A DNA stretch of 45,227 nucleotides, taken from positions 1 through 45,227 of the forward strand of contig DAOWGI010000016.1 in assembly GCA_030637655.1 (NCBI GenBank), written 5' to 3'. Numbering within the stretch: the first letter of the stretch is position 1; each line of letters starts with the position of its first letter. Positions 10,196 to 19,451 of the stretch are shown piece after piece. The notes under the pieces were generated by a model. It was not told where the DNA came from and made no database searches. It was given only the letters and a program-made list of their open reading frames with translations. Both the position numbers and the translations under genes were made by a program. Origin of the DNA: a candidate division FCPU426 bacterium. GTDB lineage: Bacteria; Oederibacteriota; JAAXVQ01; JAUVAV01.

Positions 10196-10225
10196 TGAAA
10201 GAAAACAAGCTATTTTTTCGTCTAA
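10196..10225 (+). promoter_or_regulatory. Putative ECF-sigma-like promoter motif, copy 2
   Basis: TGAAAG-17 nt-CGTCTAA, about 327 nt upstream of subunit A2. Confidence 0.35.
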
Positions 10226-10551
10226 GTTATAGGGGATAGAAATAGTACAGAGCAGTCAATAACAGACATACATTTCTACAGCTATGCTGTAATTGGGAAT
10301 GTGATGCGATTTCATTGGCCATGATTTTCTATAAGCGCAGAGGTAGGTTCAGCTTTTTTAAGTATGGAAGACTTAGGAAGGCACAGTACAACAGATCTAA
10401 TAAGAATTTCGTAATCCCAGATTAGAAATTCTATGGCCGATTACGAGAGGAGGTGAGAGCTTTAAGCGACCCTTTTTTTGCACTACCGAAATTCACAACT
10501 AATCCTACTAAGAACTTTGAAATCAAATTAAAAACATGAGGTGAACGTATT

Positions 10552-11199
10552 ATGAAAAAAACTATTTTTGCGTTAGCAGGCATTATGTTGTTTGTCACAG
10601 CGGCCCAAGCAGCGCTCGTGGAAGGTCCCACCATTGATTTTCCGATCACCGTGACAATCAATGCAGGCATCTGGCTTGAAGCTGACATAGATGCCAGCAT
10701 GCTGTCTTTTTACAACCAAGTGGAGAATACAAATACGTTTTCCAACGGCGAATTTTTTCTAGGGGGCTGGCCCAGAGCCACAGTTACAAGCAGGGGCGGC
10801 GCGCAGGTTGACTTGACAGCTATTGTGGCCGTTACTGGTGGCATGGCTCTCGGAACAACCATTGGCGATGTTGGCGAAGACCAGGGCGTTTTGGCCGGGA
10901 TTTGGACTTATTACGATGATGCCACCAACGATCCGGTTAATGGTATTGATATGGTTGCTTTGAAATTCCAGGATAATGATGTATTGTCGACCACTGTCTC
11001 CAGAGTGGCCACAACCACAGATCACTTTGATGAAGTGACGCCGGATCCACTCCAACAGAACGGCCAGGATCTTCCGGGTTATGGTGTGGGTGTAGGTACC
11101 ACACGCACTATGCGTTTTATGCTCCAAACACCTAATCCAGTGAACGCTATCAGAGGTGTTGAACAGACGCTTACAGTAACTATTGGAGCACAATTGTAA
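10552..11199 (+). CDS. Secreted putative fibre/pilin-like subunit A2
   Basis: Signal peptide (AAQA); PITVTI, PRATV, GYGV....RTMRFML.TP, C-terminal QTLTVTIGA; leader shared with A1. Confidence 0.6.
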   Translation: MKKTIFALAGIMLFVTAAQAALVEGPTIDFPITVTINAGIWLEADIDASMLSFYNQVENTNTFSNGEFFLGGWPRATVTSRGGAQVDLTAIVAVTGGMALGTTIGDVGEDQGVLAGIWTYYDDATNDPVNGIDMVALKFQDNDVLSTTVSRVATTTDHFDEVTPDPLQQNGQDLPGYGVGVGTTRTMRFMLQTPNPVNAIRGVEQTLTVTIGAQL

Positions 11200-11217
11200 T
11201 TTTACGTGTAATCATAG

Positions 11218-11262
11218 ATAACCGGGAAATTTTTACCAAAAAGGTGGAAATTTTCCGGTTAT
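11218..11262 (+). terminator. Hairpin after subunit A2 (stabiliser/attenuator)
   Basis: ataaccgggaaatttttacc-aaaaa-ggtggaaattttccggttat, 20-bp stem with G-U pairs, weak U tail. Confidence 0.65.
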
Positions 11263-11291
11263 ACTATTGTGTTTGATCGAAAGGATTGACC

Positions 11292-12254
11292 ATGATAAAG
11301 CGAATTGTAATTATGCTGGTTTGTCTGACTCTAAACCTGGCTTATCTAGCTTTTGCTAAACCTGAAAAAGTGGGTTTGGGTATTAATTATTCGGTTGTAA
11401 AGATTGACAATTTATCCATAAACAGCAGTGTCAGTATGACCAAATTAGTTAATTTGCCGCTCATTGTAACCAATGGCGGTGAGCGGGATATTATAATTTC
11501 CATGACACCCAGGATACCTTTGAAAGTTCAGCAAGGATATGAAGCTATTCCTGATCCGTCCTGGGTTGTTCCTGGCCAAGAGAGATTGCTCGTGCCGGCC
11601 GGAAGCCAGGCATCGATGGACGTAATAGTAAATATTCCCAATGACAAAAACTTACTCAAGCGAAAATTTCATGTTGCCATTCATGTGGGTGTTGCTGAGG
11701 ATTTAGACAACCACAAAGGAGTTGTCATTGATTTAAGTGTGACCGGCAAGCTATTGTTTTCCATTGCGCCTGTGCCTAATCAGAAGGCGTTAGAGTATGC
11801 TTTGGAAAATCCTGCAGATGCCGCTTTTGAATTTTCATATCCGCGGCTCGATTTTTACGGCATCAAACCAGGAGATTCCTTTGAAGTCAAAGAAAAACTG
11901 GGTGAACCGCTCTATTTGGAGAATCGGACGTCAAAAAAACAAACTTATTATATATACACAAAATCTGCTGCAAAGATAGACTTTAGAGTTGATGCGGGAA
12001 CGCAGACGACTATGAATCCAAATGATGTAAAAATTCCAACAGATGAATTAAAAATCAAAGCTGGTAAAAAAGCATCCTTGGATTTGACAATTCATGTCCC
12101 GAAAAGTGTGGATTTCAGCAAAGGTAAAATTCTCTATGTTTTATCTTGTAAATCAGGCCATAGACAGGGTGTTGAACGTCAACTTTTAATATATTGCAGT
12201 AGGGAAACCAAAGAAGATACTAAAAAGAAGAATTTAGATACTCCCAAAATGTAG
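11292..12254 (+). CDS. Secreted chaperone-like partner B2, paralog of B1
   Basis: Signal peptide (AFA-K); KLVNLPLIVTN, GY..I.D.SW, LLFSIAP, SKKQTY, VDF.KGK..Y.LS shared with B1. Confidence 0.65.
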   Translation: MIKRIVIMLVCLTLNLAYLAFAKPEKVGLGINYSVVKIDNLSINSSVSMTKLVNLPLIVTNGGERDIIISMTPRIPLKVQQGYEAIPDPSWVVPGQERLLVPAGSQASMDVIVNIPNDKNLLKRKFHVAIHVGVAEDLDNHKGVVIDLSVTGKLLFSIAPVPNQKALEYALENPADAAFEFSYPRLDFYGIKPGDSFEVKEKLGEPLYLENRTSKKQTYYIYTKSAAKIDFRVDAGTQTTMNPNDVKIPTDELKIKAGKKASLDLTIHVPKSVDFSKGKILYVLSCKSGHRQGVERQLLIYCSRETKEDTKKKNLDTPKM

Positions 12255-12271
12255 GGGTGAGTAAACGATTT

Positions 12272-13048
12272 ATGACAATCACAAAATATAGAATACTACA
12301 GCGTGGCATTGTTGGGTTGGTTTTAGGTATGGCTCTGTCTGGTACAGCAGGAGCTCAATTGTCAATTCAGCCGCAGTTGTTGGTATTGGAATTCCAAACA
12401 AATAAGGAATTGATCCGGGAAGTGCATATAACGAACGGAGGAATCATTGACAAAGAAATATGGGTTGAAGCTGATTATCGCTGGCAGGGACCGGGTAAAA
12501 GGAATATAGCTGAATGGGTAGAAATCATTCCTTCGCATTTTCAGTTATCTGCTAAGCAGAGCAGGATTATAAAATTGAAATTTAAAAAAAATGCAATTAC
12601 AGGGAAAGGTGAGTCTCATTTTTTTTTATTTACCAAAGAGAAATTAAAACAAGCGGTTTGTTTAAATGTAAAAACAGGTATTCTGGTTTTTGTACGATTG
12701 AATAAAGGGATGTCAGCTAAAGGCAGCATAGTAAATGTGCAAAAGAAGCGTTTGCCGGACGGATCTTGGCAATTTAAAGCTGAGATTAAAAACAAGGGAA
12801 AAATGTACTTGCTGCCTTATGGTTATTCCAATCTGGAGGATAGGACAGGAAAGCTGATCTGGATGAAAGAGATACATCTACGTCAACCTATTCCGCCGGG
12901 ACAGATGACATCTCTGGTGTGGGCTATACCAGCAGAGTCGATGATTGATAAAGGAACAGTTAATATTGAACTGTTTTGGGGGACACTATACGGAGTTGAT
13001 CAAGGAAAAACTCAGAAGCAAAAAATGAGTGTGTCACTGACTCAGTGA
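12272..13048 (+). CDS. PapD-like periplasmic chaperone (two Ig domains)
   Basis: Signal peptide; LSIQP..L.L, ITNGG, WVEIIPSHFQL.AKQSRII.L, second domain IKNKG....PYG. Confidence 0.55.
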   Translation: MTITKYRILQRGIVGLVLGMALSGTAGAQLSIQPQLLVLEFQTNKELIREVHITNGGIIDKEIWVEADYRWQGPGKRNIAEWVEIIPSHFQLSAKQSRIIKLKFKKNAITGKGESHFFLFTKEKLKQAVCLNVKTGILVFVRLNKGMSAKGSIVNVQKKRLPDGSWQFKAEIKNKGKMYLLPYGYSNLEDRTGKLIWMKEIHLRQPIPPGQMTSLVWAIPAESMIDKGTVNIELFWGTLYGVDQGKTQKQKMSVSLTQ

Positions 13049-13076
13049 AATCTATCTGTGGAAAGAGGTTTTCTAC

Positions 13077-14024
13077 ATGCGATTACCGCGTACTATACGA
13101 ATTTTACTGTTGCTTACAGTATTAAGTATTCCTCTATCAGCATGGTCAGCGACTTTTTTGAATGTTGATGTATTAAGTTTGACGCTATCTGCACATGCTC
13201 TTTCAGATCTGCAAAGTATGCCGGCAATGACTCGGGGTGAGGGTCTGATTCATATGCCCTTTTACTTCCGAGTTCATTTGTCTGGGACTAAAAATTTGAA
13301 CTGGGCACTGGAGCTGTTTTCTAATAATCAAAAAACATTTGGGTCAGTCAGCACACCCGATGGCTTACTACGTGGATTGCGTGGAAGAACGGTGGTCTCT
13401 GAAAGTATTCCGCTCTATTGGCAAGTCTATAATGCTGATCAGAATGTGCCGGCGACTTGGGGGACACCTGCATCTGTAACAGCGACTGCGGGGGGACTAG
13501 GTTTGTACCCCAATACCCTGCATTATTGGGGCACAATTTATGATGTTGCTGATGTGGATAAAGCTGTTTCCTGGGGTTCGGATCGGGCTGAACGTTTTGT
13601 TGCTTCAGTGAATGGTTTGGGTGATTTTCCCCAAAGCGGACGCACGGCTGTCCAATTCCCGATTTATATCTATTTTGGCGGAGACTTACGAAGTATATCA
13701 ACAGCTCAAGATTTCAGTGGGTTGTTAACCTTGCAGCTTGAAAACTATCCTATTGATTTTTCTCGCGGTTGTTTTGCCACGCCCAATCCGGTCAAGCCGG
13801 TACTCGGTCAGCGAGTTTATTTCAACTTCTTCACCAACAACCCGGATTCAAAAATCACTATCAAGATTTTCGATCCCACCGGCTTCCCGGTGGTTACTTT
13901 GCGTAATACGCGCTATTGGGACGGCCGGAATTCGAATTATCAGTATGTTGAAGGTGGATTGTATCTCTACCAGATCCAAGTTGAAGGCCAGGTTATCTCA
14001 GGGACTGTGGTGGTGATCAAATGA
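13077..14024 (+). CDS. Secreted protein with C-terminal FlgD-like/T9SS-like sorting domain
   Basis: Signal peptide; C-terminal ATPNP..P..ITIKIFD..G..V.TL..YWDGRN..GGLYLYQI....SGTVVVIK; ATGA overlap with next gene. Confidence 0.75.
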   Translation: MRLPRTIRILLLLTVLSIPLSAWSATFLNVDVLSLTLSAHALSDLQSMPAMTRGEGLIHMPFYFRVHLSGTKNLNWALELFSNNQKTFGSVSTPDGLLRGLRGRTVVSESIPLYWQVYNADQNVPATWGTPASVTATAGGLGLYPNTLHYWGTIYDVADVDKAVSWGSDRAERFVASVNGLGDFPQSGRTAVQFPIYIYFGGDLRSISTAQDFSGLLTLQLENYPIDFSRGCFATPNPVKPVLGQRVYFNFFTNNPDSKITIKIFDPTGFPVVTLRNTRYWDGRNSNYQYVEGGLYLYQIQVEGQVISGTVVVIK

Positions 14025-15772
14025 AAATGATTCTGCAGCGTATGAAAATTTTACTGTTTGGTTTGATGGTTGGTCTTTTGGGACAAACAAGTTGGGCGTA
14101 TTTCTTTGATTATGGTACCGGCGTTCGTCCGACCGGCATGGGCCGGGCGTATGTGGCTGTGGCTGATGATGTGAATGCCATCAATTGGAATCCGGCCGGT
14201 CTGGCTTTGCTGGATCGTTATGAGATTACTACTATGTATGCCGGTTTGTTTGCCGGTTTTGAAGGGCGTTTGTTCACCGGGCAGCGTGACATGTTAGGCT
14301 ACAATTATATAGCCGCTGCAGTTCCAATTGATCCTATAATCGGTTTTTTTGGCGGTTCGTGGTCGCGGTTTTCATCCATGTTTTACCGGGAAAATATAGT
14401 TACTATAGGTTATGCGCGTACTTTAACCTTCACCAACTTTGATTACACCACAGCCCATGTGGGAATGAATTTGAAGATTATGAATTGGTCTTCTGATGCA
14501 ACAGATTATAGTAGTGCGGAGTCCAAGACCGGAATTACCGCAGATGTGGGAATACTGTATCCTTTGCCGGAGAAATTTGTGGCTGGTGTTTGTGTTGAGA
14601 ATATTATTCCGGCAAATGTGGGTGTGACTACTTACGAAGAGGTTCCCCGCAATTTCCGTGTGGGTGTGTCCTGGAGTCAGGATTTGCAGCCGCTTGGGTC
14701 CATAGTGGACGGCATTCTGTTTTCCGCCGAACTAGTCAATCGCAGTTATATGCAGAATAAAACCACTGTGCGCTTTGGGACTGAGAGCTGGTTTTTCAAT
14801 GGCCTGGCTGCTGCGCGTATGGGTGTGAACTCTACGGAATTTACTGTAAGCGTGAGCGGTAAATATTTGTTTGAAGCCCTGAACATGACTCAGCTTCAAC
14901 TGGATTATGCTTTTGTCTGGCCGTTTTATATTCAGAAGACATATGGAACCCACCGGCTGGCCCTGACTGCCAGTTGGGGCAAGTTGACTGGTACCAAGAT
15001 AGAGCGGGCGGAAAAAGCCCTGGTTGAAGCTCTTGAGCCGGAAGAAAACCTGGCAGAAAAGCGCGACCAGGAGCTGGCTGAGCAGCGGGCCCAAGAGAAA
15101 GCCAGGCTCAAGGCCTTGAAAGCTCAGTTGAGAGCTGAGATTAAAGAGGTTAGAAAGGAATTAGATCGAATAAGTGAGCTTATTAAGCTGGGACAGATTC
15201 CATCCATCCAGTTTGAGTCCGGTAAGACGATTCTTCGGCGTAATTCGTTCAAGTCTCTGGATCAGATCGGCGCTATGCTTGAAAAATATCCGCGGATTAA
15301 GGTAAGGCTGGAGGGACATACGGATTCACAAGGAAAAGCTAAGCTAAACCAGAAACTCTCCCAGCGTCGGGTAGAATCAGTCAAGGAATACATGTTGGGC
15401 AAGTTTAAATTAAATCCCTATAACCTTATACCAGTAGGCTATGGAGAAACCCGGTCCATAGCGGACAACAAGACCGCCAAAGGCCGGGCTGCCAACCGGC
15501 GCGTGGAAATCAAGGTTCTGATGCCGGCCGGCATGGAAGCCCCTGCGGCGCCTTTCGGCCCCAAAGACGCTGCTGAAGATACAGTGAAGGAACCCATCAG
15601 CCCGGAAGATATTGTTTCTTACGAGGAATTGGACAAGCTGTGGGAAAAATTGAAAGTTTACGAGATGCAGATGAGTACTGATGAGGTTGAGGAATTATTT
15701 GAGCAGCAGCATCAGGAAAACGGCAAAAATCAGGTGAAGGAAGAACAGAAGAAAAAACAGAAGGAAAAATAA
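14021..15772 (+). CDS. PorV/PorQ-like outer-membrane barrel fused via a coiled coil to an OmpA-like peptidoglycan-binding domain
   Basis: GVRPTGMGRAYVAVADDVNAINWNPAGL; LDYAF..THRLALT; IQFESGK, LEGHTDSQG..N.KLSQRR, GYGE....ADN.T..GRAANRRVE. Confidence 0.85.
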   Translation: MKMILQRMKILLFGLMVGLLGQTSWAYFFDYGTGVRPTGMGRAYVAVADDVNAINWNPAGLALLDRYEITTMYAGLFAGFEGRLFTGQRDMLGYNYIAAAVPIDPIIGFFGGSWSRFSSMFYRENIVTIGYARTLTFTNFDYTTAHVGMNLKIMNWSSDATDYSSAESKTGITADVGILYPLPEKFVAGVCVENIIPANVGVTTYEEVPRNFRVGVSWSQDLQPLGSIVDGILFSAELVNRSYMQNKTTVRFGTESWFFNGLAAARMGVNSTEFTVSVSGKYLFEALNMTQLQLDYAFVWPFYIQKTYGTHRLALTASWGKLTGTKIERAEKALVEALEPEENLAEKRDQELAEQRAQEKARLKALKAQLRAEIKEVRKELDRISELIKLGQIPSIQFESGKTILRRNSFKSLDQIGAMLEKYPRIKVRLEGHTDSQGKAKLNQKLSQRRVESVKEYMLGKFKLNPYNLIPVGYGETRSIADNKTAKGRAANRRVEIKVLMPAGMEAPAAPFGPKDAAEDTVKEPISPEDIVSYEELDKLWEKLKVYEMQMSTDEVEELFEQQHQENGKNQVKEEQKKKQKEK

Positions 15773-15900
15773 TGCAACTACTAAGCCAAGAGTTAATATT
15801 GCCACAGCGATATTGGGGCACATAGTTTATAAAGCAGAATATCTAAGTTCAAAACAAATTCAAATAAGACAAATCCGAATGATAAAAAATACTGTTTGCC

Positions 15901-16058
15901 GTAATATGTCAGTGAACCGTGGTTAAACAAAGGTTGTCATCCCCGAATGTTTGTATCGGGGATATGGTTTGAAAAACCGGATTCCCGCTAAAACCATGCG
16001 GGAATGACAAAATTGTCTTAATATGGCTTTTCGCAAAAGAAATTAACTGACATAGTAC
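15901..16058. mobile_element. 158-bp MITE with 16-bp TIRs and 8-bp target-site duplication, carrying a GTCAT..ATGAC REP doublet
   Basis: TIRs gtaatatgtcagtgaa / ttaactgacatagtac (14/16 match); flanked by tgtttgcc at 15893-15900 and 16059-16066. Confidence 0.8.
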
Positions 16059-16126
16059 TGTTTGCCAATAAATTGTGTATAATTATAATGTTTTGGATAT
16101 TAAAATGTTGAAGTTGGAATTTGTCC

Positions 16127-16159
16127 TTCGACTTTGCTCAGGATGGTGAGCTTGTCGAA
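16127..16159. repeat. REP-like hairpin (ttcgac..gctca/tgagc..gtcgaa type)
   Basis: ttcgactttgctcaggatggtgagcttgtcgaa. Confidence 0.6.
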
Positions 16160-16183
16160 CTATTTCGAATTTAATGTTTTTTA

Positions 16184-16205
16184 GTTCCGGCTGGTCCGGG
16201 TTAGG
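16184..16205 (+). repeat. GTTCCGGCT(T/G)GTCCGG(G/A)TT(A/G)GG dispersed repeat, copy 1
   Basis: Near-identical copies at 42779-42801 (+) and 45205-45227 (-). Confidence 0.75.
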
Positions 16206-16214
16206 AAGAGTTGG

Positions 16215-19200
16215 ATGGCAGTGAATAGTCAATCAGATGCAACACATGTTTTCGGACATATACTAATTTATCTAGTGGCCGGAATATTCGCGGTTTTTAT
16301 TCCCACCTGGGTGTTTGCCGGGTCTCTGTCAGAGATATGGCAGGCGGCGATTCAGGCGCACCTGGTGAAAAATTATTCCCAAAGTATTCGCCTGCTGGAA
16401 AAGTATCTGCAGCAAGTGGAAGATCCTGCCAAGAGCACCTCTGCGCGGTTTTTTTTAGCTGAGAATTATCGCTATAATGGTCAAAGCTCAGAAGCTTTGC
16501 CTATATACCAGACACTGGCTGTCTCAGGTCCGGCCGGGCCCTTAAAAATCAGCGCGCGTTTCCGCGAAGCTGAACTTACCTATACCCAGGGAGATTATCG
16601 CCGGGCTGCCAGGATTCTAAATAGACTGGCCAATGACTCCCAGGCGGATTTTCTTTTTCCGCAAATTCCGCTGGCGCAGGTCAAAGCCAACCTGAAATTA
16701 AAGCGCCTGTCCCAGGCCCGGAGAGTATTCGCGAAATTGTTGCAAACTTTTCCGCGTTCCTTACTGGATCCGGAGATCAAGTTTCTCTATGGGATTATGA
16801 AAGAATATCAGGGCAATAATATTGACGCCCTGAAGATTTATGAGGAATTGGGAGATAATCCGCTTGCCTGGCTGTTCAGCGGAGCTATTCTTGAATCTCA
16901 AGGTCGGTATTTACCGGCGATCGAAGCTTATAACCAGGTCATAGCCAACGCGAAGATAAAATCGTATGGCCAAATGGCAAAGTATTTTAAGATCCGTGCC
17001 TTTTATAAGTCCGGCGATTTTTTAGCCGCGGAAAGCCTTAGCCGGAAATTTTTATCCCAATATCCCAAAAGTGATTTTCGTGCCAGGACCGCTTTGCTGC
17101 AATTGCTAATCCTGTTCGCGCAGGCCCGCTATGAGGAGATGTTGGACACCTATACCGGATTGGCTGCAGTCCTGGATTCACTTTACGGGGAAGACGGCTC
17201 GCTGGTTGATTTTATCCTGGCCGAGGCGGTGTTCAATATCGGTTCCTATCAGGAAGCTATTGAGTTTTACGAAGAGGCGCTTCCCTTAACCCGGCCAAAC
17301 CGGGCTGAGATTCTATTAAGACTGGCCTATGTTCAGAAGGAAGTCAGGAATTGGGAACAAAGTTATAAACGTATCAATGAATATTTTCGGGCAACAAAAA
17401 ATCCGGATCCTTTAGGGTATTTAATTGCTACCCAGGCCAATCTGGCAACCGGGCGGGAACAAGGCGCTTTTCAGGCCGTGCGCGCGCTCGCGAAGTCTCA
17501 GGCTCCCCTGGCTCATATGGGATTATATTTTTTGGCAGCCTATTATCAGGATAAAGGAAAACCGCAAAAGCTTGTGTCCCACTGGGCGCTTTTGGAAAAA
17601 GACCTGGACAAGTGCACACTAAAACCGGAGTACCGTGAAGTTGCCTCCTGGGCCCGCACGCTGGTGGCTGAGGCATATTATCAAGAGCGTAATTTCCTGT
17701 TGGCCCGGAAATATTACCAGCTGGCGCTTGAACTTTATCCGCATGGACGTATTGAAATGCATAGTTACTCGGGTTTGGCCTGGTGCAGCTTTAAACTTCA
17801 GGATTACAACGATGTCCAGGTCATAAGTGAGCGCTTGTTGGCGCTCAAACAGGTTCCGGAGGATTTGGCTACGGAAATCTCCCTGATACAGGCACATGCC
17901 TCTTTTAATTTGCAGCAATATGATAAGGCGATTCATACTTACCAAAATTGGCTGAAAGCTGTTGGCAACAATCCTGCAGTTCCAACAGTATATTTTCAGA
18001 TCGGGTGGGCGCATTATCTGAGTAAAGATTACCTGGATGCAGTTGAGACCTGGAAGGATTTGGCCCGGCAATTCCCCCATGCTCCGGAAACCCGGCAGGC
18101 TTTATTCTGGGTGGCTGACACCTATTTTCAGGCCGGCGAGAACAGCCGGGCACGCCTGGTTTATGAGGAAATAAGCGCCAAGTATCCGGATTCGCCTGAG
18201 CAAAAGGCCTATGCCTTGCGCATTGCTCAGACCTATTATAATGAGCAGCAGGATGCCGAAGCTATCCGCCGCTTCACTGCGATTTTGGAAAAGTATCCAA
18301 AAACAGAAGAAGCGCAGGAGGCTAAAAGCGGCATTGAGGCCGCGTCTTACCGGATTGCAGACCAGTTGAATACCATTCCGGTATTTCGCGAATTTATAGA
18401 AAAATTTCCCGGGTCTAATCTGGCGGAAGATATCCAGTACCGCATTGGCGAGGCCTATTTTACGAAAGAAAAATATACGGAAAGTCTGGAAGAATTCCTG
18501 CAATTTGTTTTAGTTTATACCAAAAGTCCCAGGACTCCGAATGCGCAGTATTACATTTCAGTCTGCCAGGAGCAGGTGGAAAACGTTCTGGAAGCTGTAT
18601 TGCAGGCCGAAGCGTTTATTAATAATTACCCGCAGCATGAACTGGCCGCGGAAATAATGTTTCGTCTGGCTTCCGGTGAATTTCAATTGGAACGGTATGC
18701 AGCCGCGGCCGGACATTTCGCGGCTTGCGCGGAGAACTATTCGCTCCAAGAGTACCAGCCGCGCGCCTGGTACAATGCAGCGGTTACCTATGAGAAAATT
18801 CAACTGCCGGATCAGGCCCTGATCTACTATGGAAAATTAGTGGCAACTTTTCCGCAGGACGCCAATGCCGGCATGAGTCTCTCGCGCCTGGTCATGTTAA
18901 ACGCAGCGCGGCAAAACCAGGAAGGCATTGCTGCGGCTTTGAAATTGATGCAAAAGCAGCAGGACAAAGCCCTGTTGCAAAAGACCTGGCTGGGCCTGGC
19001 CGTGATTTACAAAGAACAAGGAAAAGCTGTTGAGCAGGAGCAGATATTAAAAAAGGTCATGGCAAAAGGTTTGCCCAAGAGCGAGGAATATTCCCTGGCC
19101 CTGGTAGAGTTGGCGGCGATTTATGAACAGCAAAAGGCCTGGCAGGATGCGATGCGTGTGTATCAACGCCTGGCAAAAACAACTACCCAGGTGAAATGGC

Positions 19201-19256
19201 GCCAAGCTGCGAAAAAACGGATCAAGCTCCTGCGGCGGATTTTGAAGAGCAAATGA
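16215..19256 (+). CDS. Large exported tetratricopeptide-repeat protein (CpoB/BamD-like repeats)
   Basis: Signal-like N-terminus; many A.F..AE.Y..G..A..Y..L..YP.S repeats. Confidence 0.9.
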   Translation: MAVNSQSDATHVFGHILIYLVAGIFAVFIPTWVFAGSLSEIWQAAIQAHLVKNYSQSIRLLEKYLQQVEDPAKSTSARFFLAENYRYNGQSSEALPIYQTLAVSGPAGPLKISARFREAELTYTQGDYRRAARILNRLANDSQADFLFPQIPLAQVKANLKLKRLSQARRVFAKLLQTFPRSLLDPEIKFLYGIMKEYQGNNIDALKIYEELGDNPLAWLFSGAILESQGRYLPAIEAYNQVIANAKIKSYGQMAKYFKIRAFYKSGDFLAAESLSRKFLSQYPKSDFRARTALLQLLILFAQARYEEMLDTYTGLAAVLDSLYGEDGSLVDFILAEAVFNIGSYQEAIEFYEEALPLTRPNRAEILLRLAYVQKEVRNWEQSYKRINEYFRATKNPDPLGYLIATQANLATGREQGAFQAVRALAKSQAPLAHMGLYFLAAYYQDKGKPQKLVSHWALLEKDLDKCTLKPEYREVASWARTLVAEAYYQERNFLLARKYYQLALELYPHGRIEMHSYSGLAWCSFKLQDYNDVQVISERLLALKQVPEDLATEISLIQAHASFNLQQYDKAIHTYQNWLKAVGNNPAVPTVYFQIGWAHYLSKDYLDAVETWKDLARQFPHAPETRQALFWVADTYFQAGENSRARLVYEEISAKYPDSPEQKAYALRIAQTYYNEQQDAEAIRRFTAILEKYPKTEEAQEAKSGIEAASYRIADQLNTIPVFREFIEKFPGSNLAEDIQYRIGEAYFTKEKYTESLEEFLQFVLVYTKSPRTPNAQYYISVCQEQVENVLEAVLQAEAFINNYPQHELAAEIMFRLASGEFQLERYAAAAGHFAACAENYSLQEYQPRAWYNAAVTYEKIQLPDQALIYYGKLVATFPQDANAGMSLSRLVMLNAARQNQEGIAAALKLMQKQQDKALLQKTWLGLAVIYKEQGKAVEQEQILKKVMAKGLPKSEEYSLALVELAAIYEQQKAWQDAMRVYQRLAKTTTQVKWRQAAKKRIKLLRRILKSK

Positions 19257-19287
19257 TATCACCGCATACCCGAAAAACGGGCACAAG

Positions 19288-19451
19288 GAGACGCAGAGAG
19301 CGCAGAGGAAGATTAAATGATAAAAGAGGAACCGCCGATGAACGCCGATAAACGCAGATTGGAATTGGATAAAATTACAGAAACTATAGTAGAGATAAAG
19401 AGAGTAGTTTATGATTTTTAAATCAGCGTTCATCGGCGTTCATCGGCGGTT
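19288..19451 (+). mobile_element. Internally deleted, non-autonomous copy of the GxxExxY unit; contains a 34-codon mini-ORF at 19317..19421
   Basis: IRs at 19330-19360 and 19421-19451; mini-ORF MIKEEPPMNADKRRLELDKITETIVEIKRVVYDF corresponds to the N- and C-termini of 20343..20753. Confidence 0.8.

Noticed and set aside
10030-10239. 69-aa ORF
   Set aside because: Runs through a GTAG REP and the putative promoter; likely spurious.
19047-19433. Minus-strand ORF starting MNADLK
   Set aside because: Its start is a by-product of the inverted repeat and it overlaps the TPR gene antisense.
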